Assembly (NCBI RefSeq): GCF_009914755.1 | Contig: NC_060933.1 | Direction: 5' to 3' (one strand) | DNA length: 64,000 nucleotides | Source of the DNA: the human T2T-CHM13v2.0 reference genome, Homo sapiens | Part shown: positions 32,543 to 45,990 of the stretch, piece by piece | Layout: every line of letters begins with the position of its first letter | How positions within the stretch are numbered: position 1 is the first letter of the stretch | Notes under the pieces: model-generated | The model's database searches: none | Seen by the model: only the letters and a program-made list of their open reading frames with translations | What the model was told of the DNA's origin: nothing | Translations under genes and position numbers: made by a program

Positions 32543-33113
32543 GAGTCAAGCATCTACATTAATCTGAGTCTAAAATAATAGGCCCCTGATTTAAAGTCTC
32601 CTAACATTCTTTCACACTTCATAAAACTAAAAATAAAATTGTCTCACCAAACACCGACCTATTGGTCCGGCCAAAGTACTGTATTTCAAGGAAAATTGGA
32701 GCAAAGAGGTCTCAAAACCGCGACTTGCCAGCAAATTACAATTTGCAGCCTTAATTGGTCTCAAATGCGGGGTGAGAGGGAAGAGACTACGGTCTGTAGA
32801 AAATAAGAGATTTATTCCCCTTTTTAAATCAAAACCAGATTCCATGCTTCAGCCGCCCCCTAACCCGCCAGCCCCGCCCCCAGGGTTTGTTTTTCCATAT
32901 TTTTGTATATATTTTAGCGAAGATGGCAGGTGAGGGAAGGTTATAGTGCTGTACCTAGTCCACGAAGTAAACAGAGAGGTTAGGGTGGGTTTACTTATTT
33001 ATAAGGCGTTCAGCCTCTCAGCTGTTTCTCCCTCGTTGGCATTTGGAAGCTTGCAGTCCTTCAGGGAAGAGACAGATTTGGCAGGAACGTTCTTTGTGCC
33101 CGCCTCCCTTTTC

Positions 33114-33134
33114 TATTTTTTATTTTTTATTTTT
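33114..33134 (+). promoter_or_regulatory. SMARCA2: (TATTTTT)3 at the position of the BRM -741 promoter indel (MEF2-like)
   Basis: Three tandem TATTTTT units ~740 bp upstream of exon 1. Confidence 0.8.
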
Positions 33135-33870
33135 TTACCTGGAATAGGGGGCAGATTTATAATGACAGCCTTAGGGAAGGGGGAGAAAAAGTTTCAGCCG
33201 GCACGACAATGCCCGTTTTTTCCACAGTCCACACTGTGCCACAAACAGCTTTGGTGCCACTCGGAGCCCGTCCCCCGTCCCCTCCCTCTCTCTCTGCAGG
33301 CTCGCACTGGCAGGCGGAGGCACAGTTAAATTCCAGCACCTTCTCCACATACCCCCGAACTACTACGCGCTATTACTACGGCTGCCCTCCGTTTTCGCTT
33401 CGCCTCCTCCCCTTCCGCAGTCTCCCTGGAGGAGCCCCGCGGCGCCCGAGGAAGAGGACTGCCAGGGAAGGGACAGCGGGCGCCCAGCTCCAGCAGGGCT
33501 TGGGGCTTTCTGCATCCCGCGCAGTTTCTCTGCTCCAGGCACAAACGCGGCCCGAGAGCCGGCGCCTTGCAGTCACACACGGATCCACGCATACAGTAGA
33601 GCTGTCTAGATCCACATTCTTGCACACCGCCCCCTCCTCCCCCCGCGCTCCCGGAGTCGCTGAGCTGAGCGAGTGACAGGCGCGTCCCGCCAACCCGCGC
33701 CCGGACGGGCAGGGAGGAGCGGCGCGCGGGGCCAACTGCGGCGCGTCTTCCGGCGCCCGCGGAGGAGGCGAGGGTGGGACGCTGGGCGGAGCCCGAGTTT
33801 AGGAAGAGGAGGGGACGGCTGTCATCAATGAAGTCATATTCATAATCTAGTCCTCTCTCCCTCTGTTTCT

Positions 33871-33928
33871 GTACTCTGGGTGACTCAGAGAGGGAAGAGA
33901 TTCAGCCAGCACACTCCTCGCGAGCAAG
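33871..33928 (+). other. SMARCA2: SMARCA2 non-coding exon 1 (start approximate)
   Basis: Donor CAAG|GTAAAT at 33928/33929 within the island; sequence matches the SMARCA2 mRNA leader as I recall it; contains no ATG. Confidence 0.8.
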
Positions 33929-35639
33929 GTAAATATAACTTACAACTCTTTTCTCCTCTTTCCCCTCCCTTCGGCCGCCCCGCTGCAGCCGCCGCTCAGA
34001 CCCCTCCGGCACCACGCCGCCTTCGCCCGGGATTATCCATTATTATCCTAATTATTATTTATTGTGCATGCAAGGAGACCAAAACAAACAGGCGGGCCAA
34101 CCGCCGCGACAAAAAAAAGCCCGCCTCCTCCCCGCGGGCCTCAGGTGGAATGCTCTAACGACAGCTCCCAGGCGGCGGTGGAAGAAACGAGAAAGTTTCA
34201 ACCGAACCTTGCTGTTCTAATAATAACAGTAATAATTACTACTTCAAGGGGGCAAAGGAGGAAAAAAATCCCAACAAGCCACAGCCTTGATCCTGAGTGG
34301 GCAGTCAGAGGCGCTGCCAACTCAAGGTTGCAACACACACATTGGGCCAGGTTGCAATCCCCCCATCCCCTTAAAAGTGAGGCGGCGGGGAGGGGGGTGG
34401 CCGCAGGAGGGGGAAGGCCTGGGGGACAGGGGAGGAGGATGGAAACGCTACTGTTCATCCCGGGCAACCCTCCCCGGAAGAGTTGGAAGGGGAACGGGAA
34501 AGGAGGGCGGGGAGCCCAGGCTGGCGGCGGGGCGCCAACGGACGCTGTTGCCACCCGCTTCCCAGGGACTTGTTCAAAGGGCTCCGGCTGCGGAGACGTG
34601 AGCGGATCGCAGCGGGAGAAGCCTGAGCTGACGCGCGAAGGAGGTAGCGGCCACTGCCGCGGGGCCGGTGCGTGCCTGATCGGAGGTGTCACCTCCACTT
34701 TCCGCGTTTCCTCCGGCGTGGATGGGGAGGCTGATTGGTAGGCAGGCCTTTAGGCAAAGGGGCTGCCAGGGGGCTGCGCCCCGGGCGCTGCGGACGTCCC
34801 TGCCTCTGGTACCTGGCGGCAGCGCAGGCTCGGGTGTTAAAGTTCGGGATGTCCGGCCCGGGCCGCACTGCTGGAGGGAAGGGAGGAGGCCCCCAAGGAG
34901 GTCGGAGGTGCCCGCCAGCCTCCGTTACCCTGCCCTCCCTCTCCCCGGGTCCGTGTTCTTTTGCTTCGCGTCTTCCCCTTGCTTGCGCCGCGGGAGCTGC
35001 GGGCGTGGGGCGCCTGCGATCGTCCGGGTGCTAGGGGCGCGCCGGGACCCAGGAGAGCCACGGCGGCGGCTGCGGGCCCGGGAGGCCATGATCCGGATAA
35101 TCCTGTCTGCCTGACTGTCACAAACAGGACCCGCGCACCACCGGGCAGCGGCGGTGTGGTTCGCCCGGGAAGGGGAAGGGCTGCGGTGGGGAGGGAATAG
35201 GGGGGTGGCGAGGGCGGGAGGCGGGGAGACCGGGTAGGAGCCTCCTCCCAACGATGACACGCACTCCTTCCTTCTCGCTCCCTGCTCAGGAGTTTGCTTT
35301 ATTCCCATCCCAACCTGGTTTACCCCTTCCTTTGCTCTCCCCCTCCACCCGGCCGTCTTCCCTTCCTCCCGTTTGCGTTGCAAAACACGGCCATGCCATC
35401 TGCAAAGGTGTCGCGATGCACTTCCCTAAATAACCGGTCCGGCGCGCCAGCCCCTCGGCGCCCTCCGGCCGCAGGGCGCACACGGAGCACAGTGCTCCCG
35501 GTGCCCCGCACCAGGCCTCGCAGCCTGGGTGCAGTTACACGGCGGAGGGCGGGGCGCGGCAGTGCGGGCTCCGGCGGACACCCGCGCCTTGGCCGGGGCA
35601 CTTGGGCCGGTTTCCGGTACACGCGGGGAAATCGCCTCC

Positions 35640-35731
35640 TGCCAGTGTCTGATCGCTCGCCTCCGCCTCCGCCTCTGCCGCCTGGATTGCATTATTATTT
35701 TTATCCGGGTTGCCGTTTGCTGCGGATGGTG
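35640..35731 (+). other. SMARCA2: Candidate alternative leader exon (start uncertain)
   Basis: Donor GTG|GTGAGC at 35731/35732 inside the CpG island; inferred only from the splice motif. Confidence 0.4.
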
Positions 35732-36099
35732 GTGAGCGCGGGGCTGGCTGGGCTGCTTGGGGGGTGGGGTGGAGGGAAGTTGGACGTGGATCAGGCAGGA
35801 AAAAAAAAGTTTGGCAGGGCGGCTAAGTAGGGTGGAGGGGTGGGAGGGGGCTGCGAGCTCCCGCGGCTCCAGCCTCCGCGCCCTCCCGGCCGGCGCGAGT
35901 GTGTCTGCGCGTGAGTGTGAGTGTGAGTGTGTGTTGTGCGCGCAGGAGCCAGTGCGTCGGGAGCAGCGGCTCGGGCAGCTGCTCCTGCCCGCACCCTCCC
36001 CTGGAGCCCGGGGAGGACAAGGCGAGGTTTGGTGGCGAGGGCTGGTGGGGGTGGCGTGTGCGTGTGGTTGTGAGTGTGTGTGTGTGCGCGCGCGAGCGG

Positions 36100-36323
36100 C
36101 GGAGAATCAGGAAGTCACAGCAGCGAAGCGCACACAGCACACAGACATGTTTGATTGCCGTGACATGACGCGCGCGAGGGAGGAAGCGGCAGCGGCGGGG
36201 GCCGGGCCGCGGGCTGTGGCGCGGGCCTAGAGCCGCGGCTCGGAGACCGGTTCCCGTCCGCCGGCCGCGCCGCCACCCCAAGCTCCGCGAACCCCGCGCC
36301 CCTTTTTGTTCCGCGTCCTCCAG
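36100..36323 (+). other. SMARCA2: Candidate alternative leader exon (start uncertain)
   Basis: Near-consensus donor CAG|GTAAGG at 36323/36324; ETS-like CAGGAAGT at ~36108. Confidence 0.5.
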
Positions 36324-39300
36324 GTAAGGAGCCTGCGCAGCCCTGCCGCCGGCTGTGTGCGGAGCTTTCCAGTTCTTTCCCTGCCAGCCCCCTCCGGTCT
36401 CCCGGCTCGCCTTTCCTGCAAAGTCAGGCAGGCGGGGGAAATGGGCTCCTTGTCCTCCGATCGATTGCGTGGAAAACTTTCCAGCGGGAGGCACCATGAG
36501 GGGGAAGAAGGCCTTGCTGGCCGCTGTTGCTTGTCAGTTCTTTCTCCTCCGGGTCCGGAGAGTGTGAGTCGCTGCGCCCGGGGCTGTTGCACATTCAAAC
36601 TTCGGGCCTAAACGTACCTCCAACTCTCGCAGGTTTTACTCCAGCAATAAAATAAATATTCAAAGTCGTCCACTAGCTCTTGCTAGGCGTTTGGATTTTT
36701 TAAGGGAATGAGGAAGGCTTGGGAATCGAGGGAGTGGGGGTGTTGTGCAGAATCCATTCCTTATTCAATGTCTGCACCGGGTGTTATGTAATTTTAGTGG
36801 CACATGGGTGCAAAGCCTAGACTGGGCTTCTCCCCTCCTTTGTTTATATAACTTTTGGGTGAGTTTTGCAAGGTTGTCTCTTTTTTTTCCTCCTCCCTAA
36901 CCTGATGGAGGTTGGTGCTTTGGAAAAAGCAAAGCGACCTGGGCTAGTAATCTTTTGGAGAGGTGTCATCATTGTCTCCTTTCTGGTCATTATGTAGGCA
37001 TGTATGACTTTGTATGTGTACTGTTAGAGCTCAAGGAAGACATTAAGGATACACAGTTTGTTGACTGCACTGAGCGGTTATTTTTAACATTTCTGCGTTA
37101 CCAATATCGAATTTCAAACTTCCATTTCAAAGGACTTAAAATTTACACCTGGTTGTGTGCCTTGCTTGTCTGAACAGAATGCTTGCATAAATAATGAGAT
37201 TGTTGCTTGGGCGTTGAGTAGCAGAAAATTTCTATCCAACCACCAAAGACTCAGAAACCATTGAGAACCCTAATAATAATTTAAAAAGCCATACCCAATG
37301 TTATGTGTGTGTATACTTACATATTCACATTCAAATATTTTCAGTAGTATTTTCCATCTGTTATCAGGGGGGCCACAACCAGAAGCTTGTTGGCCAGCAT
37401 TGGAGTTTTAGGCTTCCAGGCTACCTCTAGCACACTGGTGAAGTGTTAAGAGGCGTGGCAGATTTGAATCCTAGTTGCTGCATTGTTATGCAAAATGAGA
37501 CACACTTTTTCTTTGAGGAATCTAATTGCTCTTTTATTCTCTTGGACTTTCTTTCTTTTTTTCCTCAAATGCTTCTTTACAATGCAAATGTTTGCTATTG
37601 TAAAGAGGGGATTTAGAGACACCTGTTAGGTCCAAAAGATACTTATTGCGGTAGACTGAGGGGAAAAAAAAAAACAACCCAGTAGATCAGAGGTCCGTCT
37701 ACCTTGGGGGCATCAGAGAGATGCCATTTTTGTAAAGAACATTTCAAATGAATGAGGAATGTGGGGTATCAGAACCCTTGAAGAGGGTGAGGGGAGGGAG
37801 GGCTTCCTTCAATGCAGCCTTTCTCTTATGACTTATATCAGTAACAGCCCAGCATCAGGACTAGGTGCACTGTGGTGTTTCACAGAAAATATTCACCACA
37901 AGAGCATGTTCAAAGCAGCCTTAGATCTTTTCTTTTGTTCGTTTGTAAAGTGGTTTTTGAGCATTTCTCGTCAAGTTTCTTGAAAAGTGCTTTGACCAAC
38001 ACCTGAGGCTTAGAATTGACAAAAAAAAAAAAAAAAAAGTGCCTCGGCTTGTATTATATTGTTAATGCTTGAATTCTATTTAAAGTATTCCTGACATGGT
38101 ATAACTAGAAAGTGACACTTGTGCAGATAAGTATTTAAAATTTTTTTCTTTTATTAAGTTTAAGATAAATCATTCTACAGGCCAGTATAAAAGCATATCA
38201 CATCCTTTTCTAAAAGGTAATTGTGATGCTCCTTATATTGTTGTAATATTTTGACATTTATTATTATGTATTACAGCAAGAGCATAAAAAGAAGAGTTTT
38301 ATAAATTATAAAAGTGGTGCTGTCCTCCAGTGTTTTCTTGTTTTTTTTTTTTCTCCTTTAGAAATCTTCCTTTGTAAACAAGGCCTTTGTCAAACTCTTC
38401 TAGGTCAGCAGCTTTTTGATACCCCAGAGAAATAATAAATCACTATTTATGACATCTTGACATGGTGCCATGAGGACAACTGAATTATCACATATGTAAT
38501 ACTAAGGACTGTTTCCCAGCATTTGCAAGTGGAAGGAGTGTTGGTAGGACCTGATTTAACCACTTTAAGATTTGATTCTGTTTCTGGTCAAGATGATTTA
38601 AGGGACGATAGGGACAAATTCTTTGGTTAACTTGAGTTACCTTAGAAAACTATATGAGTTACATTTCTTTTCTGCTGTATTTCTTGTGAACAGATGAGAA
38701 AATTTCCCTAGTATGAAAGCCACATTTAGGGGCTATTTCTGATTTCTCCTTTTTAATGTAAAAGAATTATCTTCTAAATTGTTTTTTTTTCCCCCTTAAA
38801 TATTGTGTTTTGGAGATGTCTTTGGCCAATAGAGGATGTGAATTTTCTGTCATTTTTGGAAGCGTTCTTATTAGGGGACTCTAACCTTTAGCCGGTTAAT
38901 AAAGCCATGGGTCATTCGCTAAGTAGTGAATAGAAAATACACATGGTGGTAATTTATTTGATAGCATATTTAGGAAGGCCTGGAGTGATTATTTTTTCTA
39001 TATAGAAACTTATGACTTTATACTTACTAGGGACTATAGGAGTCTAAAACTATGTTCTGCCAGAGTCATTATGAAAGAGAGCATATTTATTTACGTAAGA
39101 TATTTATCATTAAGTTAAATGGGATCTTGCAACCTGGGCTGGCAAAACTGCAGCTTTCTTACTGTTTATTATGAGTTTATTATTACCCATGTTAATATAG
39201 CACTTTTCCTTGAAAGTGTAGGATATGTTAAAGAGAGCTTTTAAGTAGTAAAAGTTATAAATATATCGTCAAAGATGCTTGAATAATTGTACCTCAGAAA

Positions 39301-40468
39301 AACATACAATAGAGCCAATGAAATTCAGGAACAAAATAGCTGGTCTTTTGAATGTTTGATATAAACACCTCATTAATTTACACATTTGGAGTGATGGTTT
39401 AGATATGGAATACAAGATTTTGGCCTGAAACTCTGACATAATGTCCTTCTGGACTTCTGGGTTTGTAATACATTATTATATAATTGAAGCCTAGTATGAA
39501 TTAGGATATTTTATTAGATAGCTACGACTTCCAGAATATTTGAACAATTGTAATCTGGCCGTATACCTGTAAGATTTACAACAGTTTTTAAAACCACAAT
39601 ATTCTATAGTATTTTTAGGTGGATTAGTATCAATTTAAGCATCAATCTTATGCCAGTATGTCATCTACATCTATGCAAGCAGTAATATTTTAGAAACTTT
39701 TTAGAAACTGGCCTAATTTAAATATGGGCTGGCCCTTTTGTAAGTTGATGAATGGGACCCACAGAAGTTGAAATAATATTTAAAGTTTGAAAACCATTAA
39801 ATATAATTGAAACTCCCTCCTTTAAAAAAAACAAAAACAACTAAACTCAGAATTTGGAATTCAAAATTACTTAAAAATGATAAAAATCTCTAACCAAAAA
39901 GGAACGTCATATGTTGGCTTACAGGTTATCCAAGGGAAATTCTGTATCAGTTTGCACTTAAACTGTATTTTTCTGGTTCAGGATGATTATATATTTCTTT
40001 ACCTACTTGATGTGGTATATTTCAGTTTTTACCATCCCACTGGGAGATGCTTTATCACACATGGATATTGGATGTCCAGAAGGAAAGCCCTCTCCCATCT
40101 TCCCCCCTGTGCTTTGTTGAACTGGACATGTAATAAATGGCTTTGCAAATAGTCACAATTATTTTGTGGCTTGCTGTTGTGCTATACTAAAAGACCATTA
40201 AGCAGAGTCCAAAATTCTGTAAAAAATAGATGATCTGTAATTGATAATTTATGTGTCTTAAAGAATGTACCTGAACATTTAATATTGTATTTATAATAGC
40301 ATATTGAATACAAGTAACAAATGGTAAACTGCATGGGCCATGTGATACAGAGAGAGAGATCAGGGTGAGCTTTCTTGAGCTGATGGGGTAGATAAGGTCT
40401 TTGAGATGGGATAAGGTTGCTGTAGGGGGAGGGCAGAGGTGGGGGTGGTGGCATCTGAGCATCCCAGA

Positions 40469-40641
40469 TCAGAAGAAAGCCCCGAGATCACAGAGACCCG
40501 GCGAGATCACAGAGACCCGGCCTGAAGGAACGTGGAAAGACCAATGTACCTGTTTTGACCGGTTGCCTGGAGCAAGAAGTTCCAGTTGGGGAGAATTTTC
40601 AGAAGATAAAGTCGGAGATTGTGGAAAGACTTGACTTGCAG
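40469..40641 (+). other. SMARCA2: Probable alternative non-coding first exon outside the CpG island (start approximate)
   Basis: Donor CAG|GTTAAA at 40641/40642; resembles an alternative BRM cDNA leader as I recall it (not verifiable here); contains a 19-bp tandem duplication. Confidence 0.55.
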
Positions 40642-43600
40642 GTTAAAGCATGAATATTTTATCCAATCTGTATTGGAGGCTTGTCTCAGAAGTTTTGAAC
40701 AAGGGAATACATGAACAAAGCAATATTTTAGATTAATCTGGCAAATTGTGGATTCAAGTCCAGAGTGGGAATTGAAGCTGTTAGAAGGATCCTGGCAATA
40801 ATGCGAGCATATAGTAGCTCACAAGGTGTCTTCATATCTCATATTTTATTTGATTCGTATCAAAATTGAAGTTGTAGTCAGCTACTGTTATGCCTATTTT
40901 GTAGGTAAGGAGCTTGAAACTCAGAGAGGTTAAATGAACTCATTTGTTGATTTTTTAAAAGGCATAGTAACATCATTAATGGCTATTATCCATTTTAACT
41001 GCAATGAACTTGGAGTTCATTGTTGAATTGTTGTTGCTACTGTGAAAGTCAGGGCCAGTTGACATTAATGAGTGCCTATGATAGAACTTTAGTTCATTCA
41101 GCATATGATGGTTGAGTTTTACTCTTCAGTAAAAATGTGCCATTTTAACCACAGGTTTTTAAAGTATGTATTTCAGACTCTTCTTTTTATATGTTTAAAG
41201 TATAAATAAACTTATCTTGGCAGTCAGAAAAGGAAGTGGCTGTTGTTGATTCTTATCAACATCCAGAATGAGGTTGCTTTGCAAAAGGGCCTAACCTAGG
41301 AGAGACAGGCATATGTGTAAATATACGTGACATATTACCTTTCAGGGTGTCATGATTTGAAACTAACTTTTTTTTGTTCAGTTTGTTAGCTTTTGTTTTG
41401 ACCAGTTTGCCCAGCCCTTTGGGTTCCACTGAATTTTAAAAGTGATTTTCATCTGTGATTACCTTTATAACTACTAATGGACATGAGTCTCAGAGTAGAG
41501 GATGCTTTGCTCTAAAGGGTTTCTAACACTTAGGTTTTCTCGTAAATTCCCTTTTTAAAACAATTTTTCCTTTGTGGGATCACTGTCAGTCCTCATGGAA
41601 GAGGCCATGAAATTGCATCGCTGGTAGACTCTTTTGAGATGGCAACTCATGGTATCTATAAGGGTGGTAATGTTAAGAGCCAGGATCCTATTAAGGCAGT
41701 GTCTGAGGTTCATGGGGGACTAATTAGCTGCTGCCGAGTTTGTTGTTATCTTTTGTTGTGCACAGAGCTGCCTCACAGCCTTTGCCAGGTCTGACTCTGG
41801 GCAAGGACCATTCCCAAGGCAGTTTATTTAAAGTGAGGGTAGCAGCTCACCCACATCCTAATTTGTTGCCCTGATTGAAAGATGAAGGAGAGTTCACAGA
41901 AGCCCAAGGAACAGAGCAAAGTTTTAATCTAACAACTTTTAAAAAACATATTTGACTTTGAAACGAATGGGAAAGTGTTGTGAATAACCCCAAGAATGCT
42001 GAAGAAATGTTCTCAGTGATTTTCTAGGGTCTTGATGGAGCAACTTATAAGGTTAACTTTAGAACCCGGTGTGATTTGTATCTGACAGATCACATTATGC
42101 ATTGTTTAAAGTTGCACAGCTCAGACCAAGAAGCAGTGTGGGCCTTGGTAATGTTTCACCGCTTATCCCGACAACCTTGGCCTGTAAAAAGGAAACTTCG
42201 GGTAGATTTATTTCCTTTATCTGCATTGCTGTTCTCCTTACCCACCCCGCACTGCTTCCCCATTAAGAATAACAGTGCTTGAGGCCCAGTTCTGAAGATG
42301 TTGCTACTTCTTGTGGGTGAATTATCAATTCATTTACAGAGAAAGCCACATACAAAACAAGAGGCAGCCCTTCAGGTCAGGGGAGATGTTCTGAATCAGC
42401 AAACAGACATAAAAAGAACTCTTATCTTAACTATCTCCTGAACCTTGCAGTTCTCCTGTAACAGCCAGAACACTTTAATAAGACTGGGATATTCTTGGAG
42501 ATGTGGACTGGGCCTAACTTTTATTTCTGATATTCCACCTTTAACCTGGACCTCCAAGTTTTTCTGTAAAGTGAGCTGTGAAAAAAGACAGGCTGGAGAT
42601 CCAAGATTTCCTTGTGCTTTCTTATGAAGTTTGGTGAAGAGCAATTTAAGAGATATTGTCAAGGTTGGTGTGCTGCCCCAAACTCTGCGACTAGAAACCA
42701 AAAGTTTCTAGGGAACTTTTTTTCTTTTTTTTAAACTTGAAGGCCTTGCTGAAATGCTACCTTCTCCATTACACTTTACCTAATTCCTTTCTCTCCTGTA
42801 ACCTCTGAGCTAAAGGTAATGTCTCCCATTCTATGACTGTGTTGGATAGTTTGGCTGTACCCCTCCGTGTCCTGCAGGATCTTTCAATATTTTTATCTTG
42901 TTGCTACTTACGCACAAGTCTGATTTCCGTATCAGACTTCCAGAGTTGTGGGGTAAGCCTTCTATTCATTTTTGTACCGCCTGCATGCCTTGTACCTAGT
43001 AGATACTCGGTATGGTAACTAAAACATCATCGACCTTTTCAGTTGATGACATGGTCTTCTTTTCACATTCCAGGGCTTCTCTTTACTTCTCTAGCCTGTG
43101 GTAAGTTAATATATTATCACAACCAAAGCCTAGTCCTTGCAAGATATCCCTTCCACTGTTTCTGACCTTTTTTTCTTTGGCTTCTACTTTCTACCCCTGC
43201 ACATTGCTCTGGCCTGGTGAAAACTCTGGTGGAAACATGGCTTGCTAGATCCGTGTCATAGCTCAGTGTTGGGCTGGGAGTCAAGGGATAAAAGATTCTG
43301 CCTGCGGTTTCTCTCCTGTTGCAGATGTTACTTTGGGCAAGCCATGTTTTCCCCTTCTGCCTTATTGCCCTCATCTTTTCAATGGCGTTGTGGCAAAATG
43401 TCTCTTCAAATCACCAGAATTATTAGGAAACACATGTAGGTGTGTTCAAATATTACTCCACATGTGGGGGTCTTTGGTGTTTCTGTTGGTTACAATTAGA
43501 CTGTAAGACACAAGTTTTGTCATGGTTGGAGTGGTGACCCTTAAAATTCCATGAAGTTGAACTCCTTTTAATATGCAGATGGCTGTGCTGAGCCTTTCAG

Positions 43601-45670
43601 CTAAGGGCAGAGGAGATTTGGGCTGAGGGAGGATGACTGTGGTGTTTGGAGCTCTGGCAAGCTCCTCTGGGGCCTCTTCTTTTTAAAAACACACACTCTC
43701 TAGTTGTGAATGTAGGAAAGTGGGAAGTAAGGACGAAATCAAGACAGAGTATACTGCTGAGAAATTCTTGCCTAAGAACATAGTGGTTTGGCCCTCGGGG
43801 AGTCCTGGTCTGGGGGAGGGTGGGGACCAGCAATGCATGTGTATGGGGAGGTTGCTGTGCCCCCCTCTCCCCAGATACATTTTTGTCATTATGTTTTTAG
43901 CCACAGACACATAGTTGTGGAACAGGTCGTTCTTTTCTGTGACAACGGGAAACTCCCTCCTTCTCCTAACACAAAATAAAAATAGATTTTGTGTGTTATT
44001 ATGTGAGCAGACCTACCACTGCCCTGTGAAGTCCATCTGGGCCCTCTCCTCCAGCCCACCCTACTATGCTTACTGCTGTCGTCACCACCCTATCTCTATT
44101 GTCTCATTAGTGCTTTGGAGAAGAAAGGGGTAGAGAGTCCAGGGGATACTGGCAGGGCTGGTGAGGGAGAAGTGGAGTTGGCCAATACTGGACTTTAAAC
44201 CTTAACCATACTAACTTAGTAATGATGTGCTGCTTGAGACTAGCACCTCTTTCTAATTTATTTCCCCAGGTTTCTTCATACTGTGGGAAAGTTTAATTAC
44301 ATACTTGAACTGTAAAATAAAATTGCCACCCGAAATGTAGAGGAAGAATAAGAGGCCAGGATTATAGGCCTCATCTTAGAGAGTCCTCCCCTTGGGTTTA
44401 CTTGGGTGATGGTAGCCACAGCAGATCCTAGGGCAGCCCTGATTTTGCCTTGGAAGTCCATTAATGGACTTTCCAACACACAGGTTTGGATGAAGTCTTC
44501 AAGATGCTCTGGAGGCAGCAGGCATCAAGTCACGGATGGACAGCTGGAAGGGACCTTTGAGATACTCCTATCCTGAGCCTAGAGGAAGTCAGGACCCCAG
44601 ACGAAAGGCACTTTTCCCAGGGCCCTAGAGTTGGTGGTGACCCTGAGACCAGAACCCAGGTCTCTCAGCTCCCAGTGAGACATCAGTGAATATCACGTCA
44701 CGTTCTATGAGAGTCCAGATCTCTGCCATTCATTAGTTATATGGCACAGGGTACATTTCTTCATTTGTTAAACTGTACTGTTAGTCTGAGCCACACACAT
44801 GCATTGAAGTCCAGGCATCTGAGGTTCTCTTCTTATTAAATAGTTTCCTATATAACACGTTCCTATATTAACATTCCAATTATATGCCCGTAATTTTCCA
44901 CTTCCCTTCCAACATGTTTTCCCTCTAAGACGTTTTTAATAGTTTCCTTTAGCAAAAAAAACGAGGAGCATTTTTATGGGACTATGTATGAGTAATTACA
45001 ACATTCTCTGAGATTCCCAGGTGGAAATGATAATGCATGTGGAAAGTAGCATTATGGGCTAATGTATATTAGAATTTCATGTTTAATATACATCAATTAT
45101 ATTAAACGTAGGAATATCAGCCTAACTTCAGTGTTTGTATCTTCATTGTTCAAACTCGTGGTATATTACTTTAATACCTATTGAAGCTGATTTCAGTGTA
45201 AACCATAACAGGAAGTAAGCAATTTCCTTTTATTCACTAAAAAATAAAAGGGTGTATTAGTGTGCTCATATACATGAAAGAGCATTGTATCTTGTAGTAG
45301 CCCTGAATCGACGTCAGCTTCCTAAATTTAAAATGCTGACTGAACCTGTGTGAGGTGGTGGAAAGCAAAAAGAAAAAAAAGTTCCGTCTGCTTTGTTCAT
45401 CACAAAGAATAAATAATAACATTGGGCTCTCTAGTGAATTCAAGGCTGTAATTCACTGTTGAGGCTCCCCTGTTGTTTAGAAGCCACTTGTACTGGGTTC
45501 CCTTAGTCCTGTTTTGATCCCCTGCTTATGATCACTCTGAAGTAGCCTTTGACTGCTTCCTGTTTCAGCTCTAATTTACTTGTCAAAATGGCCTAAATTC
45601 TTGCCTACACTTTAAGGATTTCTTTATGGGAACACAACTCAAACACTGATGACTCTGTGGTTTTTATTTA

Positions 45671-45990
<320 letters not shown>

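Larger units (their letters stand above)
33180..36620. promoter_or_regulatory. SMARCA2: CpG island / SMARCA2 promoter region
   Basis: Sharp rise in GC and CpG density; GC boxes (e.g. GGGCGG 33784-33789); AP-1 site TGACTCA at 33881-33887; no interspersed repeats seen. Confidence 0.93.

Noticed and set aside
32946-36611. Many overlapping 100-225 aa ORFs on both strands
   Set aside because: Expected from stop-codon scarcity in a GC-rich island; products are Arg/Gly/Pro/Ala low-complexity with no recognisable domain.
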